DNA of 64,000 nucleotides, taken from Tubulanus polymorphus (Eukaryota; Animalia; Nemertea). Numbering within the stretch: the stretch's first letter is position 1; each line of letters begins with the position of its first letter. This document shows, one piece after another, positions 55,601-64,000 of this stretch. Made by a program: the position numbers and the translations under genes. Location of the stretch: positions 10,242,962-10,306,961 of the forward strand of contig NC_134034.1 in the NCBI RefSeq assembly GCF_964204645.1. Direction: 5' to 3'. The notes below the pieces were generated by a model, which worked only from the letters and a program-made list of their open reading frames with translations, did no database searches and had not been told where the DNA came from.

Positions 55601-58600
55601 TAGCCGTCCTTGTGCACGATTCGATCATTGAATGTGTTACGGTCTTACCTATTAAATCAGAATACATACTATGGTTTAAAGTGTCAAAACAGCTTTTCCC
55701 TAACTCAACGAGTGACGTATGCGTCGGTATGTGCTACATCCCGCCCGAGGGCTCAAAATACCTAACCCCTGAATGCTGGACGGACATTGAACTCGAAATT
55801 ATATCAATGCAATCTAATTATGAGTCAGTAATCCTAATGGGTGACTTCAACTCAAGAACTAGCAATTTTACCGACTTTGTTGAACCAGATGAGTTCCTGA
55901 CGCAAAGACTCAATTTGAACAATACCAATTACTTGCCCGAAATTTTCCAGTTCAATATTCCAGTTGATCGTACCAGCCAAGATCAGTATGTGAATAACCA
56001 TGGCCACAAACTCTTAGATTTATGTAAGAATTGTAATCTCTATATAGCAAACGGTCGACTCGGTAAAGATCGTAGATTAGGTAAATTAACTTGCAAAAAC
56101 GCGTCTGTAGTCGATTATGTAGTCCTTTCGCCGAATTGCTTTAATTTTTTGTGTGACTTTTTTGTGCATGATTTCTGTGACCTATTCTCCGATGTGCACT
56201 GTACTATTTCTTTCAACCTAAAACTCAGTGGTATCCCACCTACCCCATATAAAGGCAATGAACGGCCAGTTACACGAAAAGTAAAACATAGGCCAACTTG
56301 GAAAAGAGATAAATCAGACCAATTTGCTAGCAATTTGAATACCCAAAAGTACGAACAAACACTACTATCTTACCCGCATGTACTTGATAAAGATGCAATC
56401 GATTCCTTATCATCTGTTATAAATGAAATATTCAATGACGCCAGTATTATTACCTTTGGTAACAAATGGAATTCTCCCTGTCCTTCAAAAGTTAATAAAC
56501 TAGATAAACCATGGTTTGGTCATGAATGTCGAAATGCAAGAAAAAAGTACCATATTAAGAAGCGCATTAATAATCGGATTCGAACCGACCGTACTCATAC
56601 AGATCTTGCCGAAGCCAGTCGTAGTTATAAAAAAACTATAAGAAAGCACGTGAATTTACACAGAAAGCGTATGCAAAGAGAAATTCGAAACCTTAATCTT
56701 CATAACCCTAAAAAATACTGGCAGCTTTTAAACAGAAACACCCCTAGAAACACTAATATTCCAGTACCACTGGAGGACTTGTATGAATTTTTCCGGGATG
56801 CCAATAAGCAGCAAGATGATAGATCAGAATTACCTAATGTAGCAAATGATATGATCAATGAAAACGAGTCACTAAATGATGCTATATCTGCGGAGGAAAT
56901 TTTAAAGGCAATTAAACTACTCAAAAATGGTAAATCAGCTGGAAGTGATGGCATCCTAAACGAACATATAAAAGCCACTAAGGATATCATGCTCCCAGTT
57001 TATGTAAACTTCTTTAATATCGTTTTAGATACTGGGATACTTCCAGAATCTTGGCTAGAGGGCGTCATTTGTCCCATCTTTAAAGGTGGAAATGACAAAC
57101 TACCAGAGAACTACAGGCCCATCACTATTTTAAGCTGTTTGGGAAAGGTTTTTACAGCAATACTTAATAATAGACTAACATGTTATATTGAAACAAACAA
57201 CATCCTCCATAACAACCAAGCTGGATTTCGTCGTGGTTACTCGACAATTGACAACCTCTACATTTTACATATTTTAGCTGAAGTTATTAAAACTCAGAAG
57301 AAGAAACTATATTGTGCTTTCGTAGATTTTACCAAAGCCTTTGACACAGTCTGGAGAGCCGGACTATGGCAAAAGCTTCTTACAAATGGTATAAACGGTA
57401 AATTACTTAACTGTGTGAAGAACATGTATGACAATGTTAAATCATGTGTGAGAGCTAATGGTAACCTATCTGCCTTTTTTCCTTGTGAGACAGGTGTCAG
57501 ACAAGGTGAAAATATGTCACCGCTTCTTTTCTGCCTGTACTTAAACGACTTAGAAGAATTTTTACATAATAGAGCCAGTAATGGGATCAGTTTGTCCGAT
57601 CATAACGATGTCATCGTTTATGCAAACTTGGTAATTCTATTCTACGCGGACGATACGGTAATTTTTGCGCAGAATGCGCAAGAACTTCAGCGCAACCTAG
57701 ATAATTTCCATGAATACTGCAATGTATGGAAACTAAAGGTCAATACTAGAAAAACAAAGATTATAATATTTGGTTCTAGAGGCTTAGGAAATGAACGGTT
57801 TCACATGGGAAATCAAAATATTGAGGTTGTTACCAGCTATAAGTACCTGGGATTATTATTACATCAAAATAGAGGTTTTTTGTCGACTAAGAAATACCTA
57901 GTCTCACAAGCAAAAAAGGCACTACACGCTCTATACTGTAAGACTTATAGTCTAAATCTTCCTCTAGATTGTCAGTTAAAACTATTTGATCAGACGGTGG
58001 TACCCGTCTTATTATATGGCTGTGAAGTCTGGGGGTTCTCTAACATAGATTCTATTGAGTCTGTTCACTTAAGTTTTCTGAGACACGTACTGAAAGCGCG
58101 AAATAGTACACCAACGTTCATGTTGTACGGAGAAACTGGTAGATTCCCCCTTTCTATAGTAATTAAATCTAGAATTGTCTCCTTTTGGGCTAATTTAGTT
58201 AGTTCTCAGAACAAACTTTCTAGCATTCTGTATAAATCAGTTATGCGACCTTTTTACATTAACGGCATAGCTCCAAATTTCAAATGGATTAGAAATGTAA
58301 AAGATATTCTGTATTCTGTAGGTTTAAACAATATATGGGATGATCAATCCTTCCCAAACACTAGATGGCTGCAATCTACTTTAAAACGAAAAATAATGGA
58401 CCAGTTCCTCCAAAAATGGAGAGCATCCATAAGGGAATCACCTAAAGGTGACTATTACTCTCTATTCAAAGATAATCATAGCCTGGAATTTATTTACACG
58501 TCGGACATTCCTGATGACCTGCTATATAGTTTAAGTAGATTTAGAACGTGTAACCACAAACTTCCAATTGAAACTGGTAGATGGATGAAAGTACCCAGAG

Positions 58601-61600
58601 AAAACAGGACCTGTCCTCTTTGCAACAGTGCTATAGGGGACGAATATCATTATATATTATGTTGTCCAACCCTTGACGTTTTAAGGACCAAGTACATTGA
58701 GAGAAAATTTTCAATTTATCCAAACCAGTATAAATTCTCCTCCCTTATGCAGACAAAAAACATCAGAACACTTTATAATTTATGTATCTTTATAAGTAAA
58801 ATTGCTAAAATATTTGTGTAAACACGGCATTCGCTGCTATGTTATTTTGTATAATGTTCTATTTTTCACTCATATTGTCTAATTTGTAGACCTTGAGTTT
58901 GTCAAATAAACTGTAAACTGTAAACTGTGGGGCGAGTGGTCTGATTGTAGCCAGTCGTGCGGCGCCGGACACAGGACTCGCACAAGAACCTGTACGAACC
59001 CTAAACCAACCGCATGCGGAGCCGATTGTAGCAATCTAGGACCCGCTGTCGAGAAGGAGGTCTGCTCATCTAAAGTACCCTGTCCACGTACGTACACGTA
59101 GCTGTTCGAATTTCAGCTCCATTTCTTCGCAACATTTTCCTACTGATTTTACTTTTAATTCTTTCTTACCTCTAGTTGTCATCGATACCTCCATCGGAAT
59201 GACGGCTACGCAGATTTCGACCGCGTTTAACGGCGATGCGTCGCTTGCTATCGACGGTAATGATAATTCGGATTATTATGCCGCAAAATTGAGTTGCAGC
59301 CATACCGCCGGAAAAGATCGAGACTGGTGGCAGTTAGATATGGGCCAGGAACTACCGATATCGGAGGTTACGTTGGTCAATCGTCTGCGATTCTGTGAGT
59401 ATAACCATCTGGCGAACGTTCTTTATGTCGAGCTACCAGGCCTGTATTTGGGGATCGGGGTGGGTTGGGTGGTGTTGGAGCGCATGCTCGCGCTCATTGA
59501 CGAAGTTCCGCTCAGATGCCGGCCTTAAGAAGATAATTTGAGCATCGATTTCTAAACATTTCCTTGATAACAGTTTTTCATTCGTTTATTCCGTTCAAAA
59601 TATGCACGTGCTTATTCGCAACTAAATATTTCAATTTCAGTTTATTTGGAATAAATGCGGTTGACATTTTGTAACTAAAACAATCATGCACGATGTAACA
59701 AAATACAAAAAGTACACAGGATACAAAGGTTAAATTAGATTAGATTGTGAACATAGAGACACATGTAACAAAATCATGCATAAGATATTTTGGTACTAAA
59801 AACACATTACATTGAACAAAGATGTTAGATCTAAATGGTTAGATTAAAAAATTGGATAGAAGCAGAATTTTCACGCGAAATACGCTTGAAGTTGTGAAGA
59901 ATTGCTTCTCTTTGCATCTCATTTTCAAAGATTGTGTATTAGGGGAGTACCACCACCCACGACCCGACAAAAGCTCGGGTACCTTATACCGGTATAAAAG
60001 GTTTCACTTCCCCACTTAAGATTCCACTTTCATGAAATAAGTTCCACTTCCATGTCTTACTTGGGACGAAATTCTATTCGATGAATTGTTGTTTCCGAGT
60101 TCGCAATAACGAGGTTCCACTGTTACCAGTCCGTAAAACTGGCCCCTGACGATGGTCTCTGACCGATTAGAGTTCGAAACGTTGAGTATTTGGTTTCAAT
60201 TTCTGATGAATGGAATTTATGTTTAATCTTTTGAATTCTGTATAAAACACCCACGCCAGTGCGTACGGCTATTCTACCAAAACTATCCTTAATTTCTGCT
60301 ATTTACTTTCAGCTAAGCGCCTTCAATCGTTCGACATTTACGTAACCAAAACGGTTCCAACCGCGTACAGCAACATTCCCGTTGCGGATAGATGTGCCCG
60401 ACAGGAAGCCGTTCCCATAGGGCCTCGTAAAACTTTCCGATGTCCGAAACCTCTGACGGGAAGATACGTCGTAGTCGTTCGGTTGACACAAGGAGTTTTG
60501 GCACTGTGCGAAGTAATCGTTCGCGAATCATTCAGTAAGTTATATGTGTATGAACAGCTACCTAGCGTCTACGAATACAAATAAATGTTCGGAATGAAAT
60601 TGAGTATAAACGTAATTACAATTCAATCTGTATACTGTATTTCCATAGACTCGTTAGACTTAGCCGGGAAACTGACGTATCAGAGTAGTGTCGCTGAAGG
60701 AGGTGTATCCAGCCGAGCCGTCGACAATAATTACGATCCCAATTGGTCTGGAGGAAGTTGTATCCAAACAGATCTTCCGGTTGTAGGAGCTGGAGGCAGT
60801 AATGCCAACTGGTGGAGTGTCGATCTCGGAGCCACTCATGAAGTCACAGCAGTCGCGATTGCTAGCCGCAAAGATTGCTGCGGTAAGTTTTGGCGCCAGT
60901 CCCATCAAATAAGTGGGCTAAGATTTCTAGGGCTAGTACATTCAAAATGTACTCATTCAACTCTGGCCAAAACCTGCCGAACTGTGTCCTGTTAGGGCCT
61001 TGGGCCTACTTAATAGTTTGAGCCTAAGTTTTAATTATTGTCCTCGCTGAAAATGAATTAACAATAACCGCAATCAAACCAACAATTGGAGTTTTCTTTT
61101 CCATGAATCTAGGCTTTCGGATTAAAGACACCAAATTCATGCTAAACCTTGAATTGGGGGGGGGGGGGGGTGAGATTTCTAGGGTATAAACGTTCGAAAC
61201 TAGCTGAAGGGTTGAATTTCGAACAAGAACTATACGGGACTTGGGTCCAGTTAAGGCTTTAGAAGACCTTTAAGATACCAATCCAATAGTTGTTGATCAG
61301 TGTAAAGTTCTGTGTAAAATGTGTAGCCTGTTCACTACGGTTTTTCGATGTATTATTTCCTAGGCCTGAAGGGATTTACAATATACGTCTCCGCCAAACC
61401 GATACGAACTAAACTTGGCAACGAAGAAGCGGTTTGCGCCGAGCTGCCTGCTGGTCCGAGCGCCGGGCAAGTGAAAAAGTACAAGTGCGATTCGGGCAAA
61501 AAAACAGGTCGTTACGTGACTGTGTTGTCAACGAGCGGTGAAAAGTTAACTCTTTGCGAGGTTCGCGTGATGGGAACTAAAACTGGTTCCCCGACCCTAG

Positions 61601-63362
61601 GTTCGTATTCAAATTTAACCAATTCTCTGGGCTTTGTTTTTTAATTACTATAATCTCGCACTACATCCCCTATATTTTGTCGTTTGCCTTCTTTGTTTTC
61701 TTCCTTTGTGTTCCGGTTTTTTTGTTGTTTAATTACTTTAATCTTTATCCTTTAATCTTAATCCTTTGTCTAATTCTAGCATAGATATCCTGTTATAAAT
61801 TTCATTTTGAATTTTTCAATCTTGGCTTCGTTATTGTGAGATTTTTCTCGTCATCATACACGGATATTGTATATCTTCTCGTTTCAAGATAGATAAAGTA
61901 AACAATAATTTCGTCGAAAATACTGATTATTGAGCATATTCGTATGTAGGTCGGATTAGCGCAACGAAATTCACGGGATAATAATGAAGCGGCATCCTTT
62001 ATCATTGTGAACAGAAATTTTCATTTAAAATGGTCGAGTAGTTCCTACTCAATGACACATTTTTCACCATTCAAAAATCGAGTACTCTTATTGATGGAAG
62101 GTCGTGCATTCAAGCTTGAAGTTATGCACAGATAATTTAATTTAAAAAAATCAATAGCTGAGATACTCCTTTTTCATATGCTTTGTATCGTTTTCGTCTA
62201 CCTCAAATATCAGCCCGGATATAACGGTTTGAAAGAACAATCTCGTTCGACAAAATGTGTGCTACCTAACCGTTTTTGTTCAGTGTATATATTCGTTGTT
62301 TTCGCGCAACGGGCGATCTATTCGTCTGGTGTTTTATCGATTAAACGACAACGTACGAAACTGCGAGAAAATTAATTTTCTTTCTTTTTTGTCGCAGACG
62401 AGATCGACCTGAAAGGAAAGACAGTCGGACAAAGTTCTTCGGATCCACAAGCTCCTACGGGTACCGCTGTGAAAGCTATCGACGGAGACACGAACGCCGA
62501 CTTCCTCGCTGGCAAATCGTGTACACACACGTTGGCTGAGCCGATAAACTGGTGGAAGGTCGACCTCGGAAATACTTACAGAGTTCGCAGCGTCACGTTG
62601 GTAAATCGTGTCGATTGTTGCAGTAAGTGATCCTTGCCTTTTTCATCGAAAATTTCTTAAGATACTTTGCAAACGAGGGCTGCATCCAGCTAACAACCCG
62701 AGTCCGCTTGGTCCATCTGAAACCCATTATTAGAAATGAATTGATAGTACTATTCATTAGTGTAGGTCCGGTTCGAAGGCAATTTTGGGCGCCATTTCAG
62801 TTTGTTTTGATGATAAACATTTAACGCATGGCCGACTCCAGACGGATGCACGTGTTCCCGTCGGAATTTTCGCGTGCCCTTTTGAAAATGTTATGGCAGT
62901 ATTTTTCAGGTCACTTTTCCACCCGTTACTAAATAAGACAACTGTTCATAGCAAAAAAGTTAACTTGTGCCTGTTCATTTCATGAAAATTAACTAATAAA
63001 AACAAAATTTCCAGACATGCCCTTTTCATTTCTTCGTACTCCAGTCAAGGTTTGCCTCTGGATCCACTCCTGCTTCGTAATTATTAACTTTTATCTAATC
63101 TTTCTTATTCATTCCTTAAGGTTCTAGACTTCGTAACTTCAAGATACTGGTGTCTTCCACTCCGTTCGACAAGCAAGCGTCTTTCAATAATGCGATGGTA
63201 TGCTCCACGCAGACCGATAGTCTTGGTGCCGGCGCCACTGTCGAATTTACATGTCCGGCCAGTTTAGACGGAAGATACGTGGCTATTAGATCAGAGAGCG
63301 GCGAACCTCTGACTCTTTGTGAGGTCAAGGTCAATGGTAGAGTAATAGGTGGGGTCCCCTAA
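49693..63362 (+). CDS. Secreted multidomain protein: signal peptide + 5 thrombospondin type-1 repeats + 3 F-type (fucolectin) lectin domains; fifth TSP1 exon interrupted by a LINE
   Basis: Coding exons 49693-49762 (MKIFHFAFILLSLAI..), TSP1 50377-50553, 51213-51398, 51773-51964, 53503-53676, 53747-53760 + 58931-59087. F-lectin half-domain exons 59176-59394/60313-60534, 60649-60882/61364-61600, 62398-62622/63121-63362. Motifs WxxWxxCSxxCG.G.R.R, AIDG, WWxVDLG, GRYV, LCEV. The 3' end may splice further. Confidence 0.85.
50682..50820. mobile_element. Palindromic MITE (GGGGCCAGTCGCACAGTC / GACTGTGCAACTGACCCC)
   Basis: TIRs visible. A related copy runs from about 63871 to the window end. Confidence 0.7.
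54163..55377 (+). CDS. LINE ORF1p (disordered N-terminus, coiled coil, L1-like RRM/CTD)
   Basis: 404 aa. Coiled coil followed by DQEARSRRDNLVFLGL, FQRIHR, PRSVTAKF, IRIVADYP..VRNRRKLL, DKLILDG. Confidence 0.85.
   Translation: MEKNSKHLASGSNTNRNRNRSKHDDRNTKDKVDKQTEHAGSGNTKRTLSKGSESSTPPTKRPAHTQSKSQPAKSYGETDPDTDTESRESAGESDSETEKELTLEDIFQEIKSMRKHLERKIDGKFNSIKKDLEQFRKDFEASMDFKIEEAKDELRVEFTTKVSDLENKLKTSGRTQPKDDRIAALENRIIDQEARSRRDNLVFLGLVESTDENIDNVVRKQLVENFGINSDRASKIVFQRIHRNPGKDKPRSVTAKFRDYVDRELVYKSRFNAKDNTVRIVADYPIEVRNRRKLLFEKLNSSKSTNPSVDGFVSFDKLILDGKIFKCINNEVKCVGEATYRTPRPRTQPKKSPEELKAASKQPAVANATNIQSAEVETMDASGTSDTPVSDLIAASRVVLDGPA
55378..58821 (+). CDS. LINE ORF2p (APE endonuclease, reverse transcriptase, C-terminal CCHC)
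   Basis: Frame open from 55378: SLNVCGL, DIIGLCETK, SGGIAV, YIPP, MGDFNSR, VVDY, SDVH; NYRPITIL, QAGFR, FVDFTKAFD, GVRQG..SPLLF, YADD, YKYLG; CPLC..DEYHYILCC. Confidence 0.95.
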   Translation, partial: GNATNSRRQSLTLCSLNVCGLENKLDIPEFQDHIKQFDIIGLCETKLTDFHTLNIPNYHFFGNNRKKYKRVSGGIAVLVHDSIIECVTVLPIKSEYILWFKVSKQLFPNSTSDVCVGMCYIPPEGSKYLTPECWTDIELEIISMQSNYESVILMGDFNSRTSNFTDFVEPDEFLTQRLNLNNTNYLPEIFQFNIPVDRTSQDQYVNNHGHKLLDLCKNCNLYIANGRLGKDRRLGKLTCKNASVVDYVVLSPNCFNFLCDFFVHDFCDLFSDVHCTISFNLKLSGIPPTPYKGNERPVTRKVKHRPTWKRDKSDQFASNLNTQKYEQTLLSYPHVLDKDAIDSLSSVINEIFNDASIITFGNKWNSPCPSKVNKLDKPWFGHECRNARKKYHIKKRINNRIRTDRTHTDLAEASRSYKKTIRKHVNLHRKRMQREIRNLNLHNPKKYWQLLNRNTPRNTNIPVPLEDLYEFFRDANKQQDDRSELPNVANDMINENESLNDAISAEEILKAIKLLKNGKSAGSDGILNEHIKATKDIMLPVYVNFFNIVLDTGILPESWLEGVICPIFKGGNDKLPENYRPITILSCLGKVFTAILNNRLTCYIETNNILHNNQAGFRRGYSTIDNLYILHILAEVIKTQKKKLYCAFVDFTKAFDTVWRAGLWQKLLTNGINGKLLNCVKNMYDNVKSCVRANGNLSAFFPCETGVRQGENMSPLLFCLYLNDLEEFLHNRASNGISLSDHNDVIVYANLVILFYADDTVIFAQNAQELQRNLDNFHEYCNVWKLKVNTRKTKIIIFGSRGLGNERFHMGNQNIEVVTSYKYLGLLLHQNRGFLSTKKYLVSQAKKALHALYCKTYSLNLPLDCQLKLFDQTVVPVLLYGCEVWGFSNIDSIESVHLSFLRHVLKARNSTPTFMLYGETGRFPLSIVIKSRIVSFWANLVSSQNKLSSILYKSVMRPFYINGIAPNFKWIRNVKDILYSVGLNNIWDDQSFPNTRWLQSTLKRKIMDQFLQKWRASIRESPKGDYYSLFKDNHSLEFIYTSDIPDDLLYSLSRFRTCNHKLPIETGRWMKVPRENRTCPLCNSAIGDEYHYILCCPTLDVLRTKYIERKFSIYPNQYKFSSLMQTKNIRTLYNLCIFISKIAKIFV

Positions 63363-64000
63363 TAAGTAAGAAAGCCCTGAAGTAATTTAGAAATGTGTCC
63401 GTTATTTTTTGGCATCACGTGACCAGTTAACAGATGGAAATAAGATATTTGAAATATTTCTCCTTGTTTTATGATATTAACGTAATAATTTTTGTCGTAT
63501 ATACGCGCTTCTGAATAGGCTTCGCTTCATTCTGCTGAAAACCTTTTTGACGATTTCTAAACGCGATTTCATTTGAACCGACCAATGAAGAGAGTTCTTG
63601 TTCTCTCGAAATCAATTTCTTTTGCAATTTTTTCCCTTTGGATTGTGTGCTGTATCTATGTTTGTATTATATAGTAGAGTAGAATTAAATTTGTAAGTCG
63701 ATGTGATTTTATATTTAGTTTGCTGTGAATAGAGTTGTTAACAAACTAGAATCTTTATTACTAGTAGGATTTAGCCAGAATTTAACCCAAACCAAACTCA
63801 AGTTAGACTTTAATATCCTATATGTATATATGGATATGACTTAATTCGTATTTGTACACGGAATCACCTCGGGCCGGTTCCATATTCGAGACTTAGACTA
63901 GTCTAAGACTATTTTAATTCCATAGCTAATCTATAACGGCTTAGGACTAGTCTCAAGATATAAGACCACTTTTGGACTTAAGTCTCGACTTTGGATTGTT

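Larger units (their letters stand above)
53761..58925 (+). mobile_element. Full-length non-LTR retrotransposon (LINE, two ORFs, APE-RT-CCHC; clade tentatively RTE-X/CR1-group)
   Basis: About 400-bp 5'UTR, ORF1, ORF2, short 3'UTR ending AATAAA + (TAAACTG)3 tail. Flanked by TGTGG at 53756-53760 and 58926-58930. Confidence 0.92.

Noticed and set aside
55588-58821. ORF2 start at GTG 55588 as given by the ORF track
   Set aside because: Conserved endonuclease motifs lie upstream in the same open frame back to 55378.
58890-58930. LINE 3'UTR acceptor fully rescuing the broken TSP1 exon
   Set aside because: The frame is right but contains TAA (GTC AAA TAA), so it would terminate translation.

Overview
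Intron-rich, AT-rich eukaryotic (animal, probably invertebrate bilaterian) genomic window, not prokaryotic. Eight spliced genes can be rebuilt by hand: a 5'-truncated core-2/I-branching GlcNAc-transferase (GT14), uracil-DNA glycosylase (UNG), an RDH11/12/14-type SDR with an acidic tail, isopentenyl-diphosphate isomerase (IDI1) head-to-head with a UPF0538/C2orf76 homologue, an Arx/aristaless/Pph13-type Q50 homeobox gene, a bacterial-type CapA/PgsA (poly-gamma-glutamate) metallophosphatase gene carrying a spliceosomal intron, and a secreted 5xTSP1 + 3xF-type-lectin protein. A full-length, intact 5.2-kb LINE has inserted inside a coding exon of the lectin gene (5-bp TSD). Its ORF1 and ORF2 are in the same frame, separated by one TAG, and ORF2 has no ATG before its endonuclease motifs, which suggests stop-codon readthrough. 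Non-coding DNA holds many MITEs and several minisatellite arrays whose units look like amplified ends of MITEs found elsewhere in the window. Exon coordinates were counted by hand and may be off by a few bases. No database searches were run.
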